A stretch of 64,000 nt of DNA from Eledone cirrhosa (lineage: Eukaryota), in contig OZ024740.1 of NCBI GenBank assembly GCA_964016885.1, forward strand, positions 384,772,001 through 384,836,000, in the 5' to 3' direction. Of this stretch, positions 1 through 13,400 are shown in pieces. A model generated the notes under the pieces. It saw only the letters and a list, made by a program, of their open reading frames with translations. It made no database searches and had not been told where the DNA came from. Numbering within the stretch: the stretch's first letter is position 1; each line of letters begins with the position of its first letter. Position numbers and translations under genes: made by a program.

Positions 1-877
1 TTCCGTTCTCATACAAATACAAATCAACAAAACATTATTGTAAAATGCAAAATATTATCTTTTTATTCCATATATATATTAAAAATTCATAATACATAGA
101 TGGACACATATGAGAATGAACATAATATATAATATAATATACATATATAACACATATAATGTATATATAAATATATATATGAATGTGTGTGTATATGTAT
201 ATATATAGAGATATATATATGAATGTATGTATACTCTTTTACTCTTTTACCTGTTTCAGCCATCCGGCTGAGGCCATGTATATATATATATACCTATAAA
301 CATACGTATATCTCTCTCTACATATATCTATATATATATGTGTGTGTGTATGTGTGTGTTTCTGAGTGACTGTGTGTATTTATATATATATTTATATTTA
401 TATATATACATATATGTGTGTGTGTTTGTCTCTGTGTGTGCGCGTATGTGTGTGTGGGGGGGGGGTATACTATATTCTTATCGGGGAATTAGTCCAACAA
501 TTACATTTCACGTATATAAGTAATTCGAAAAATTATAAAAATATATCAGATTCGAAGGAGATCCAACCTCATTAATAACCAAGCAGATTTATTCGGTGTA
601 CAAAAAGCCTTCACATTTGGGGAAAAAATAAACTTTGGCGAGAGAATCAATATCTTTTAACATCCTAATGTAGCAAGATATACAAATGAGTTTCTCTCAA
701 CTTAACATTATCTCGTTGCCTATATATTCCAAATCCTTACACATAATCAAAGCATTGTACTTAAAGTATATAAATTATGTATATATTTATTTGTTTATAT
801 ACATATATATATATGTGTGAGTGTGTATCTGTGTGTATGTATGTATGAGTGTATGTGTCTGCATGTGTGTGTGTATA

Positions 878-960
<83 letters not shown>

Positions 961-1026
961 GTTATTCCGGGTTGAATCGGAGGTAACCACAGTAAGTAAG
1001 GTACTCAATACATAGCAGAGTATAAC

Positions 1027-1444
1027 AGTTTTAATATAGATGAGATTCTACAGGACTAGAACTGTTTCATTCATTAGAAATCATCAGGAATCTGGGTATC
1101 AAAAAATAAATATGGTATTTATAGGTCTCTACAAGTGGTAGGAGAGGGTGGGGAGTGGGATGGGTGCAGGTCCTTGGTTGATAGAAAAGGGAATTCATTA
1201 AAAGCTAATTGTACAAAGCTATAGTTAATTAACTATAGTTAATTAACTATAGCTTTGTAGAATTAGCTTTTAATGAATTCCCTTTTCTATCAACCAAGGA
1301 CCTGCACCCATCCCACTCCCCACCCTCTCCTACCACTTGTAGAGACCTATAAATACCATATTTATTTTTTGATACCCAGATTCCTGATGATTTCTAATGA
1401 ATGAAACAGTTCTAGTCCTGTAGAATCTCATCTATATTAAAACT
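1027..1444. mobile_element. 418-bp near-perfect palindrome (fold-back), probable PLE pLTR derivative with a hammerhead in each arm
   Basis: Arms are reverse complements about centre 1235/1236 (aacta|tagtt); one mismatch seen; flanked by (TA)n. Confidence 0.8.
1378..1428 (+). ncRNA. Type I hammerhead ribozyme (mirror copy on - strand at 1043-1093)
   Basis: AGATTC-CTGATGA-tTTC taat GAAt-GAAA-CAG ttctagtc CTG-TA-GAATCT; stem I AGATTC/GAATCT, stem III CAG/CTG. Confidence 0.8.
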
Positions 1445-1461
1445 ATATATATATATATATA

Positions 1462-2222
1462 TGCCACAGTTTTCAATTTGTCCGGCTATCTAACGTTATG
1501 TTACTACTCTGAGCACAGCTCATCGAGTACTTGGCTGTATAAATTCATAATTATATTTCGTTAGCTTGGCTACAGCCGAAACTTCGATTTTACTAAACTT
1601 CCATTTGTATTGTTATCTCCTAGGCCTAATAATTAATTAATTAATTTAATTAGACATTTCTATGGAGTGATTAATTATCTATGTTTGTTTAATAACGTCT
1701 GGTTGAGTGCTTCTTATTCGGTTTGTGCAGGGGAAATAGTTCCTCTGTCCATATTTTGAATTTGCCCGCCAAAAACCCGGGATTATTTCCCTTGTTGGGA
1801 AAAAGTACGTGATAGTTAAAGCATTCACCGCTGCTAGCAGCAGTGGCCTAATGCCTCATCTCACACCGGGTCAAGGCGCAGCAGAGTAACCTGTCGATAA
1901 GATGGATTCTTAGTTCGGTCAACAAACACCAAAACTTGCATACTTGCGCAAGTAGGATTGTTGATTTTGGTTCCATAGAAACCCATCGGAAGCACGGAGC
2001 TGTCCCTCCCAGATGGTCCAGGTTTGTTATTTAACCTAAAAGTGTTTTCGTTGCTTCGGTGTTGTGGCTAGGCTTGCCTGCCACAGTTTTCAAATCCACC
2101 TGATATCTAACGTATGTTACTACTCTGAGCACAGCCTCATCCAGTGCTTGGCTGCATAATTCCTGATTGTATTTCGTTAGCTTGGCTACAGCAGAAACTT
2201 CGATTTTACTAAACTTCTATTG
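1462..2222. repeat. Element with diverged ~150-bp direct terminal repeats (1462-1612 and 2079-2222), pLTR/LTR-like
   Basis: tgccacagttttcaa...ttactactctgagcacag...gaaacttcgattttactaaacttc occurs twice; a related reverse copy lies near 27050-27140. Confidence 0.55.
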
Positions 2223-2279
2223 TTATATATATATATATATATATTATGTATATAACACACACACATATATATATGTATG

Positions 2280-2350
<71 letters not shown>

Positions 2351-2357
<7 letters not shown>

Positions 2358-2912
2358 TATAGAGAAAAATACTGCAGGTAGCACATGGATAACATGTAAT
2401 GAAATAAGTCCCTCATCAGTGATTTGCCGAAGATCATAGATATTTCATTGCATTAAAAATCATATATCTCACTTCGGTGCAATAATAACCAAAATAAGTT
2501 ATTAGGACAATTAAAACGCGTAAAGCGAGTGAGACAGGAGAACAACCGAAAGTATAGCATACCGTAGGGGATAGAAACAAGCTTCAAAAATTATTCTGTT
2601 TAGCATAAGCTAGGTGAATATATGAGCGCTTAGAGAATGGAACCTACACGAACGAGGGCTATGAGCAGAGAGAGAAAAATATAGCGTTCGTGAGTGCAGG
2701 ATGAAATGAAGAGAAGAGGGAGAAAAACAGTGAGTGAGTGAAAGTGTGAGGAAGAGTTAACGGACAAGACAGAGGGGGAGAAACAGAGAGAATGGGGGAA
2801 CAGTAAGAGAGAGAGAAAAAAACACAGAATCGCAGTGGTAAATATATGTATTAAAATATACAGAAAAATACTGCAGGTAGCACATGGATAACATGTAATA
2901 AAATAAGTCCCT
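2351..2912 (-). repeat. Element with ~60-bp direct terminal repeats, related to 23608-24222; degenerate hammerhead-like motifs
   Basis: attaaaatat.agaaaaatactgcaggtagcacatggataacatgtaat.aaataagtccct at 2351 and 2850; shared internal blocks (catcagt...atcatagatatttc, aaataagttatt) with 23650-23750. Confidence 0.5.
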
Positions 2913-2931
2913 ATATATATATATATATATA

Positions 2932-3524
2932 TATATTAATAAGAGGAATTCCAACTTTGTCTGATTTACTCGTTTTATTTACAATCCTTTAAAATATATA
3001 TAATATGGTATTATAATGAAATAGTATGATAGAATATTAAATTCTAAGTATTAATTGAACAAGTACTTTCATGCTTTCGCAATCTTCAGGTTCATGATAT
3101 GTGGTGACAGTCGAGTTTGCAATTTTCAACTGTAATGAGATGGGTAAATTTACTACCTTTTATACATTTTATACAGAAAAAAGTGGCTCCAGAATGCAAA
3201 GCCCTGTAAACTGTATTTCGACCAATCTGATTGGTCGAAATACAGTTTACAGGGCTTTGCATTCTGGAGCCACTTTTTTCTGTATAAAATGTATAAAAGG
3301 TAGTAAATTTACCCATCTCATTACAGTTGAAAATTGCAAACTCGACTGTCACCACATATCATGAACCTGAAGATTGCGAAAGCATGAAAGTACTTGTTCA
3401 ATTAACACTTAGAATTTAATATTCTATCATACTATTTCATTATAATACCATATTATATATATTTTAAAGGATTGTAAATAAAACGAGTAAATCAGACAAA
3501 GTTGGAATTCCTCTTATTAATATA
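2932..3524. mobile_element. 593-bp near-perfect palindrome (fold-back) with a hammerhead in each arm
   Basis: Centre at 3228 (accaatc t gattggt); mirror ORFs 3092-3355(-) and 3101-3364(+) confirm the symmetry. Confidence 0.85.
3362..3400 (+). ncRNA. Minimal type I hammerhead ribozyme (mirror copy on - strand at 3056-3094)
   Basis: TGAAC-CTGAAGA-tTGC GAAA GCAt-GAAA-GTAC-TT-GTTCA; 5-bp stem I, GNRA-capped stem II, 1-bp stem III with palindromic GTAC loop. Confidence 0.88.
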
Positions 3525-3572
3525 ATCTTCTATACACAATCATACACACCCGTGTATATTTACCTATCTATA

Positions 3573-3671
<99 letters not shown>

Positions 3672-4039
3672 ATGTGTGTGTGTGTGTGTATGTATGTATA
3701 TATGTATGAGTGTATGGGTCTGCGCGTGTGTGTGTGTATATATATATATTGTATATATGTGTGTGTGTATGTGTGCGTGTATGTTTGTTTGGGGAATCAA
3801 TTCCGAAGTCGTTTCAAACATATATGTATTGTGTGTAATGAATGCAAGAATGCTGTTATATAATGTAATATACAAAATCATGAAAAGGATGAGAGATGCA
3901 TTAGAAGAATTGTACTTTGTTTCTAGAAGTACATGAAACGCGTGTATTGGTTGTTGGGGATAGTGTATATACATGGTACACATTATCAAATTATATTTGA
4001 TCTGAAATAGTGTAATGAATCAAAAATAATTCTTCTTCT

Positions 4040-7000
4040 TATTATTATTATTATTGTTCTTTGAGTCTCAGTCATTGATGTTAGTTAACTGGAAAGTTTG
4101 TTGAAATGAATATCAAGCCACTACCTGCAGCCTCAGATATTCAGGACGTATCGGAGGATTCTTGCTGTTCCCAGCAAGCATGCCTTTTGAAGCGTTCCAA
4201 AAAGCGTGGCGGGGCCAATTTTCTTTAACCATCCCTGGAAACTTTTTGAGATAGTACCTAGTGCGCCTATGACAATCGGGACCACTTTGACTTCATGGCA
4301 GTTCCAAAGCCTTTTAACTCCCACTTTAAGTCCTGGTTTCGGTTAATTTTCTCCCTCTCCTTCTCTTGCACTCTCGTGTCGAATGGGCAGGCCACATCCA
4401 CAATCAGGCACGATGTTTTTTTATTTGTCCAAAACCACCGGGTCAGGTCTATTGTGTTCCAGTTTCTTGTCCGTCTGTATCCTAAAATCCCACAGCACCT
4501 TCACCTGATCATTTTCTATCACCGACTCTGCCTTATGCTCTTACCACTTCTCAGAATGTGGTAAATTGTTTACTTTGCATAAGTGCCAGTGGATCACCCT
4601 GCCCATCACATCATGTCTCCAGCCCTTATAGTGAGTCTGGGCTAGGTGTTTACACTCGGATACAATGTGAGCCACAGTCTCCTCTCTCTCTCCACAGATC
4701 CTGCACAGTGGGCTAGCCTCCTCCTTGTAAATATGGTGTTTCAACCACTTCGTTTTGAGGGCCTGCTCTTGCGCAGCCATTAACATTCCTTCTGTAGCCT
4801 TTTTAAGGTCTCCTCTTTTCAACCAGTTCCATGTCTGTGGATCTCTGAATTCAGTTTTCTCAAAGAAGGAACTATGAAGGGATTTTTCATGAAGGCTGCT
4901 CTTTCTTCTTGTTGTTATTTCCCCCTGGTCTATTGTCCTCTCCTTCAGTACAATTCTGAGCATTGGCTCCTTACTATCAGTCACGTATTTGTGTAGGTTG
5001 TTTTTCTCCATCTGAACACAGTCCTCTATGCTGATAAGACCTCTTCCACCTTCAGATCTCCTTAAGTAGAGTCTATCGACATTACTCCTCTTGTGGAACA
5101 TGTTGTATATAGTCAATAGCTTCCTAGTCTTCCTATCCATTTCTGTTTGTTCAGCAACATTCCATCTCAGAATTCCCGCACTGTACCTAATAATAGACAC
5201 TGCTCGGGAATTTACTGCACTTATGGCATTCCTACTCTTCAGATGTGACTTTAATACGCTCCTTACTCTCCGAATGTATTCAGAACTTATCAATTCCTTC
5301 ATTTTTTTGTTCTTGATGTCATCAGCCTCCAGAACACCCAAATACTTGTATCCTTCTTCAGTGTCAATTTCCTTTATCATCTCACCTACTGGTACATGGA
5401 TTCCGTTGCTTCTGCTCACTTTACCCCTCTTCATCACAAGGACTCCACACTTACTAATACCAAATTGCATACATATATCATTGCTAAAAATACGGACAGT
5501 GTCAACAAGCACATCCAACTCCTTCTCACTCTTCCCGAAGAGCTTAAGATCGTCCATGAAGGGGAGGTGATTGATGGTATGCTCTCCCTTTCCCAAATTG
5601 TATCCTGCTCTCACTTTTCGCAGTATAATGGTCAGGGGCATCAGGGCAAGGACAAACAACAGAGGCGACAGACTATCTCCCTGGAAGATACCTCTCTTGA
5701 TCTTTACGTCACCCAAGGATTCTCCAGCTGATGTTAACTCTGTTTTCCAGGACTTCAAACTTTTGCCCAACAACTGTCTGATGTTATCTGCCACCTTGAA
5801 AATCTCTAGGATTTTGGTGATCCAAGAATGAAGCACCATGACAAATGCCTGTTTGTAGTCTATCCATCCCATGGCAAGACCAGTGTGTCTCCTCTTGCAA
5901 TTCCTCATTACCATCTTATCAATAAGTAACTGGTCCTTTGTACCACGGGACTTCTTTCGGCATCCTTTCTGTTCGTCCGGTAACAAGTTGTTTGTGTGGA
6001 GGTGATAGTAGATTTCCTCAGACATAATGCTTGTCAACAGTTTCCACATTACGGACAGACATGTGATAGGTCTATAGTTGGTAACATCATTACCCTTGAT
6101 TCAGTCTTTCATTTCCAGAACGGTGGTACCTTTTGTCAACCAGTCTGGTACCTCACCTGACATCAAACAGTCATTGAACATGGTTGTCAGTTTCGGGTGG
6201 AGGGATGTTATCATTTTAATCCAATACCCCTGCACACCATCTGGGCCTGGTGATTTCCAGTTGGTTAGTTTTTTGGCCTGCCCCTTAAGAGTTTCAATTG
6301 TGATACTCAAATCAGTATGTTGGTGTGCCTGTTCACTAAACTCCTTTTGTACTGTCTCAATCCACACTGCCTGGTCATTATGTTTAACATCCTGCTCCCA
6401 TATTCCTCTCCAGAATGTCTTAGTTTGTTCCGCCTCAGGTATCAAGTCGTTGCCTCTTTCTTTCCCTTCAAGCTGTCCAAACAGCATCTTCTGGTTGTTG
6501 TCAAACATGCGGTTCTGTCTATACTGACTGACTCTTCTCTCGTATCGCCTAATTTTTGCACTCTTTGCTACAATGCGTTGCTTCAGTTCCTCTATGATAA
6601 TATTTAGCTTTTTCCTCCTAGTTTTGTACTTTATTTCCAGTCTATTTTTAGTGTCTATGTTTTTTAGTGTCCCATTCAGTAGGGACTCAAGCTTTCCAAT
6701 GTCATTTCTCATTTCCCTGATTTGACCATTCAGTCGTTTCTTCCACCAAGGCTCTAGCCCGTCAGCATTCATCTCCTCAATGGCCGTATCTTTGTTCCAG
6801 GTATTATTTATTTCAGCATTCAGATCATTGTCTGCTTGGGAAGGTTCCTCCGTTCTCTCAACTTCTTCACCTTCATTTCCCACTGACTCGTTTGCCTGGC
6901 GTACTCCACTCTCCATTTCCAACCTTATCTCTCTGCTCAGTTCCTCCAGTTCCAGCTCACTTATCCACCCATTAGTTATTATTACCCGAGCCTGCCCGAC

Positions 7001-7380
7001 CAATTTTTGTTCATCTAATTTAAATAGACCAATCTCGTTCCAGATGTTATGCATCCGTTTCCTATAGCCTTTCTCCTTGGGGTTACTCTTCAGGTAACAT
7101 TGCATAACAGTTCTATTCAATTCTTTCGTCCAGTTGGTTCTGGTCCCTTTCTTTCTTCTTCTTCCTCCGACACCAGCAGTATTTGGTTGACAGCCACGTC
7201 CCTGCTGCTGAGCCAGGGAGCAGCTGCTGGGTGAGAGTCTGTCACATGACATTCCAGTCTCCTCTTCACCGTTATTCGAACTGTTTAGGTTCGACATTTA
7301 AACACTCTAATCGAGGATTGGTGAATGTATGGTTACATAACCACCGGTGATTTTAGTGTGGCACTATCACGCTGTAGACG
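4040..7380 (-). mobile_element. R4/Dong-like non-LTR retrotransposon (RT + CCHC + restriction-like endonuclease), near full length, disrupted
   Basis: ORFs 6101-7297, 4541-6049 and 4133-4324 carry [45 protein letters not shown] and C-terminal VVPIVIGALG; 3' (TAA)n tail near 4040-4054. Confidence 0.88.
4133..7297 (-). pseudogene. RT/RLE polyprotein of R4/Dong-like element, broken by frameshifts and stops
   Basis: Several consecutive ORF pieces carry the RT and endonuclease motifs. Confidence 0.85.
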
Positions 7381-8179
7381 AACATAAATAAACAAACAAA
7401 CAAATAGGTAAAAAAAAAAAAAGAATAAGCATAAGTTTCATTGTAATGTAATGTTTGAATGTCTGACTTATTTATTTATTTATTTATTTTTTTTTTCCTT
7501 CTCTGTCTGTCTGTTTTTCTTTTCATTTTTCTTTTCTTTACGATTTTCGTTGTTGCTGTGCTGTTTTGTTTTGGTTTTTTGATTTTTTGACCGGATCATC
7601 AAATCAGTCTATTTATATCTATGATGCCTTCCTCTTTTAGTGGGGACACTACGATGCATGTCTTAGCAGGAGGTAGTGGACAGAATAGCGGCGGTAGTGA
7701 TAATGAGGCAGTGGTGGTGGTGGTGGTGGTGCTGTGCTAGTAGTACTTAGCAGGAGGTAGTGGGAGAGAATAGCGGCGGTAGCGATAATGAGGCAGTGGT
7801 GGTGGTGATGTGATCGTAGTACTGTAGTGATGGTGTTGAAGTTGAAGTAGAAATAGAAGTTGAGGTAACTTGACTAGAGTGTTTGGCGTGGTAGTGATGA
7901 TGGTGGCGGTGGTGGTGTTGGTGGTGAAATTATTTGCCTGTCTGTCCCCTTAGCCATTTTCTCTTTTTCGACTATAACATTTCTGATCCAAAATTAAATA
8001 TTAAATATTGGGGCCCTATATCGTAAAGTAATACGTTATGGCTTGCTGGGCGTAAAAAATGTAATCTTATAGTTCATTTGTAATAAGAATTTTTCTATCA
8101 CAGTTGTTTTAAATAAGTAAAAATCAAAAACTTACGGGAGCGATTGCATAACGATATATATCCACCATGTGCGTTTTCT

Positions 8180-8287
<108 letters not shown>

Positions 8288-8738
8288 GCGACCTACGTAG
8301 TAAATCGTATCATCGCGAGCTCCGCAAAGGTTTGTTATTTTCAGTTGTTTAAAATTGCCATTTATGGAAAATTTATATTGTTAACTGTGCACATACATTG
8401 ATTTCTGAAAACAACACTCCAAAATATTGGGGCCTTGAGCCCAAAATTTAAACTTTTTATAATTATCAAACAAAACATTTTCTTTGAAAAATCATGGATG
8501 ATTCAGAGTCACTCCTTCCTCACAATCTAACACCTCACACCGACACTACCATTGTAAATATTGCTACGTTTGCCAACACTGGAAATGTAAGCAGTAGCAA
8601 TATTTTAAATTTGTCTCAGGCAGACGTTCATTTCCCGCCATTACCAATGACTGCAGGTATTAAAGCCGCCACCCCACCACCACCACAGCGACAACAGAAA
8701 CAAAAGAAAAAAATAAATAACTAACACGTGATATCGAA

Positions 8739-10409
8739 ATGAATTCAACCAAAATGAACTCTTCCACACCGAACACCACTGACACCACCACCACCACGAC
8801 TGAAAGTAAAATTAACAATAACAAAAATAACGATAACAACAACAGCAACAATGAAATTAAGAAAACTACCCTGAGTTTTGACAGAGTAGCAAAAACGTGC
8901 GAAGCGATTCAGGTAACTCAGGAGGAATTAGAAGAAGGCAAAGGAATGGTAAAGAAAGATGGGTACAGGGTCAGCCCCCCCCCCCCCCCACACACACACA
9001 CACCTAATAAAATGGACCATCGTCGCCTATGCACCGTGTCTTATGGGACAATTAAAATAAAATCGCGCCGAGTGGAACGGGCATCCGAGTCCCAAATCCA
9101 AAAAGCTTTTGGAGATGTGTGTGCAAAAAAAAACATCAGACGTGGGCAGAAATATGGAACCGTGGACGTGTTCTTTGAAACACCACAGGAGGCCAGAGAA
9201 CACTCCATGGCGCCATTAAGTAGTGACGACTTCACACTCGTCCCGAGCTATTGTGGCCTGAGACTTGTGAAGATCAGGGTGACCCACGTTCCACCGGCCA
9301 TCGAAATTCCCTGGCTAATGGCTGCCGTCCTCGCCGGCATCGAGGCCAACACCAATATAATTGAAATAGCGAAAGAAAAGCAGGAGAACTGGTCCGGATC
9401 TGGGATGGAGCTCCTGATGCAAGTGGACCATAAAAGCATTGAGGCGATCCCAGAGGTAATAGACCTCACTGACGGCAGCCACCTCACCGTAATCGTCGAG
9501 GGCAGAAAACCTAGGTGTGTCGTTTGTGGTGAAGGAACCCACCTAAGGGCTTTCTGCCCTCAGGTTAAAAGGTTGAGGCCACCTCTCTTACCCACCCCAG
9601 TGACTCAACCATCAACACAACCAGCAGCAGAAATGGCAGCAACAACAGAAGCAACTGTAACGGCAACAACCCCAGCAACAGTAGCCAAACCAACACCACC
9701 ACCACCCAACGCGCCAGATCTAGCACCAGAGCCTACACAATCCACCACGCCACAAAAAAAACCAACGCCTGTGGAGGATTTTCCACTCCCCGGCTTATCG
9801 CAACTGGTGACAGATTGTGACGACGAGGAGTGGGAAACGGTATCAGGAAGAAAGAAACCAAAAAAGAAAAAAATCTCTTCCTTCTCCTCCAAAAACAAAA
9901 TACAGAGGGAAACAAATAAATTATCAAACAAAAAAGTTAGGACAGATATGCCACCATCCACACCAGCATCACCAACCCCATCACCAGAAACACCAACACC
10001 ATCACCATCATTAACCCTAACACCACCATCACCAACACCACAAAAGTCACCAAAAAGCGTAACAGAAACAAACCCACAACAAACGCAAACAAAACAAAAC
10101 AACCAAAACGATACACACTACACCACATTAAATTTGAACAACAACCAATTATTACACTACATGCAACACAACACGAGCATCACAGAAAAAGACTACACAA
10201 CCACCCAAACGTTCGCACAACCTGCACACATACAAATCACTCGCATCACACAGAAAATGTACACTACACTAAAACAAAAATTCCCCAAAGACATCGGAGA
10301 CTTCCGACAAACACTCTCCAGGAGGATTTATAAGGACATCCTTCCGGAGGAGGCCACAAACAATGAAAAGGATGGACAAACCATCCTTCCTCTACGAGAA
10401 GTAATGTAG
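8739..10409 (+). CDS. LINE ORF1 gag-like protein with CX2CX4HX4C zinc knuckle and Pro/Thr-rich tail
   Basis: 556-aa open frame containing CVVCGEGTHLRAFC; lies upstream of ORF2. Confidence 0.8.
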   Translation: MNSTKMNSSTPNTTDTTTTTTESKINNNKNNDNNNSNNEIKKTTLSFDRVAKTCEAIQVTQEELEEGKGMVKKDGYRVSPPPPPHTHTPNKMDHRRLCTVSYGTIKIKSRRVERASESQIQKAFGDVCAKKNIRRGQKYGTVDVFFETPQEAREHSMAPLSSDDFTLVPSYCGLRLVKIRVTHVPPAIEIPWLMAAVLAGIEANTNIIEIAKEKQENWSGSGMELLMQVDHKSIEAIPEVIDLTDGSHLTVIVEGRKPRCVVCGEGTHLRAFCPQVKRLRPPLLPTPVTQPSTQPAAEMAATTEATVTATTPATVAKPTPPPPNAPDLAPEPTQSTTPQKKPTPVEDFPLPGLSQLVTDCDDEEWETVSGRKKPKKKKISSFSSKNKIQRETNKLSNKKVRTDMPPSTPASPTPSPETPTPSPSLTLTPPSPTPQKSPKSVTETNPQQTQTKQNNQNDTHYTTLNLNNNQLLHYMQHNTSITEKDYTTTQTFAQPAHIQITRITQKMYTTLKQKFPKDIGDFRQTLSRRIYKDILPEEATNNEKDGQTILPLREVM

Positions 10410-10443
10410 GTGGTCTTTCCCATCTTTTCCACTCCATTTCAAC

Positions 10444-13400
10444 ATGACCTCACTCAGAATAGGCAGCATAAATGCGCGTGGCTTGCGTCGTCATGGAAGC
10501 AGGGCCACCTGCTCAACGACCTCAGGTCACTAAACATAGATGTAGTGGCCATCAGCGAGACCAGAATCTCCGAAGCACGGGCCTTCGCACCGATCTTCGG
10601 CGGCTACGATGTGTACGCATCTCCCAGCCGTACGGAATCGGGGGGTGGAGTTGCTGTACTTTTTCGGAGAAGTTTGGATCTCGCCATCCGGGCCATCTTC
10701 CTGGACCCAGAAGGTAAGTTGGTGGTGCTAACGTGACCAGCGGAGACGGGCAATCTTTCAGGATAGTGGCCGTCTATGCCCCGAGAGGAGCAGTGCGGCC
10801 TGATTTCTTCCGGCGTCTGGAGACCTTTCTTGGAACGTCCTGCTCTTTAGTGTTAGTGGGCGACTGGAACGGGATCTTAGATGCACGCTGGGACTGTGTG
10901 GGATTAGCGGATAGGGGAGGAGGGTGCAAAAGCCTCACCAACCTGTTCAGGCGTTTTGAACTGTCTGACAGATACCGATTGGATTTCCCGAATGTGCCAA
11001 TGTGGACTTGGACAAATCGCATATGGTCATCCAGATCATATCTAGATAGAGTATTTTGTAGAGAAATAGATACGTCTAGCATAGGCTGTCCACAATTCAA
11101 GATAGTCAGCAACACGGACCACAAATTCGTGATCTGTGTGCTTGATTTAGATAGGCTTCATAGACGAGGACTCGGCTACTGGAAGCTAAACGCGTCCTTA
11201 CCAGCGCGCAAGGCTTACAGAGACCGGATGAGCGAACTAGTTAAGCGGGCGTTGACGGAGGCCATCGTCAACAACAAGTGATGGTTTGCTCTGAAAAGAG
11301 CAATTAGAATAGAGTCCATTAGGTTTAGTAAGGCTTTAGCAATAGAGAAAAATAGAGCAGAGGGAGAGAATTAGTTAGAAAATTATACGAGGCGCTTAGC
11401 ACAGGCATCGCGACCGACATACTTGCGGCGAAATTGGCCCTTCACCAATTCTTATATGCAAAGCACGAAGGCTGCATTGTCAGAGCTAGGGTGCATGCTC
11501 TCAGACACGAGGGGATGAAAGCCGTTCAATGGGCCCGAGTGGCGAAGGCACGTCGTGGCAACAAAGCCACGATCCGGTCTTTGGACCACGACGGGCGCAT
11601 GCTACTCGATCCCGGGAAAATGTGTGAAGCTTTTCAGCGACACTTCGGTCAGTTGTTCGGGGACAGCGGTGGACCGGATCGAGGGATGGACTTTAGTGTC
11701 TATCTCGACGGACTGCCGCGGCTCTCGGCCACTGAGGCGGAGTGTTGCGAAAAGCCGATAACAGCCGCTGAAGTACGGGAGGCAATGACTGGCTGCACAA
11801 GGGGTAAATCGCCTGGTTTGGATGGTCTGCCCTATGAACTTTACGTACAGGTGCCGGACATGTTCGGGGGCCTCTTGGCGGACGTCTCCTGCAACTGACA
11901 ACAGAACGGGAGAATTCCCAGCTCTGTGAGCCGAGGAGATGTGGCGCTGCTGAGAAAGGATCCGAACAAGGGGGATAACATAGATTATTTTAAGCCCATA
12001 ACTCTGCTAAACACAGAGTTCAAGATTTTGGCCAAGGTGCTAGCAAAGAGGTTGGCGCTTGTCGTTGGTGGTCTGGTGGGAGAGGCGCAGACATGCGCCA
12101 TTCCCGACAGATCCATCCACGACAACCTCCACCGAGGGAACCTGGCACGAGTGGGTCCTTGATCAATTTAGATCAGTCGAAAGCTTTCGATAGGGTCGAC
12201 CATAGTTACCTAGCGGCAGTCCTGAGGGCGGCTGGCTTTGGGCCCGTCTTCAGAGGCTGGATTGCTGCCATGCACAGCGACATCTACTCTGTGGTGAGAG
12301 TGAACGGTCACCTTTCGGAACCGTTCAACATCATGCGTTCCGTCCGCCAAGGATGTGCCCTCTCGTCCCTTTTCTACGTATTGACTCTCGAGCCATTACT
12401 GCACAAACTGGAGACGTTGAGGGGGGTCCCGCGCGAACTAGGATGCCGTAGGTCCGTTTTAGCATATGCGGACGATGTCACCCTAGTGGTGTCGAACGCC
12501 AAACACATCGAGGCGATCGGCACTACACTAAGAGAATACGAACCGGTGACAGGATCAATGATCACCAGGAAAAGTCAGTGGGCCTGCAGCTCGGCACCTG
12601 GAGAGCCAGGTCCATGCCGTCCAACAGCGTCGGCGGCCGCTGGACGGACGGACCGGTTAAATTGCTCGGAGTCTGGTTCGGTCCGGATCTCCAGACGGAC
12701 AAAAACTGGGACGAGGTGACGAGCAGGGTGGCTTCTCTCACCCAGAAATGGGCCGAGAGGAAGCTATCCCTGAAAGTTCGAGCTGAGGTGGCTAACGCGT
12801 ATATCGCGTCCGTCATCTACTACCGCCTGACCGTCGTACCTTGACCTAAGCCCCGCCAGACTGCGCTGGAGCGTTTGCTCTTTCGCCTTTTGTGGAAGGG
12901 ACGCGCTCCGATGGTCAGGCGGTCCATCTGCTGTCAACACCCGCTACGTGGAGTGCTGGGAATGCCGTGGCTGATGATGCGCAGACACGCGCTCAGGCTA
13001 CGACATCTCCACCTCTTCCTCGACGGTGATCAGGTGTGGTCGCCGTTTGCTAGGCGCGTCTTTCCCCAGCTCGTCTCCTTGACGGAGCTGCAGTCCAGGG
13101 TTAAGCGAAGATCGAGAGTGAGCGTTTGGAGACTGGAATGTCTTCAGGCGCTCACAGCCCTCGACCAATCGGGAAATGTGATCGGTGGAAACTCCAGCTT
13201 GGCGTTCTATAGAGGATTAGTGGAGGGGAAGAGCGACGACGTACCTGAGGAAACTCTAGGCGTCGACGAAAATCAACTAGCCAATCTCTTCGCAAGAACT
13301 TTCGGGCCGGGGCCTATGGACAACTTCCAGAAATCCCTAGCCCGGCAGTGCTACCGAGGAGCTTTGCCAGTTCGGGATAAACTCTACAGGCATGGAGGTG

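Noticed and set aside
3092-3364. Twin 87-aa ORFs on opposite strands
   Set aside because: Consequence of the palindrome; no coding signal
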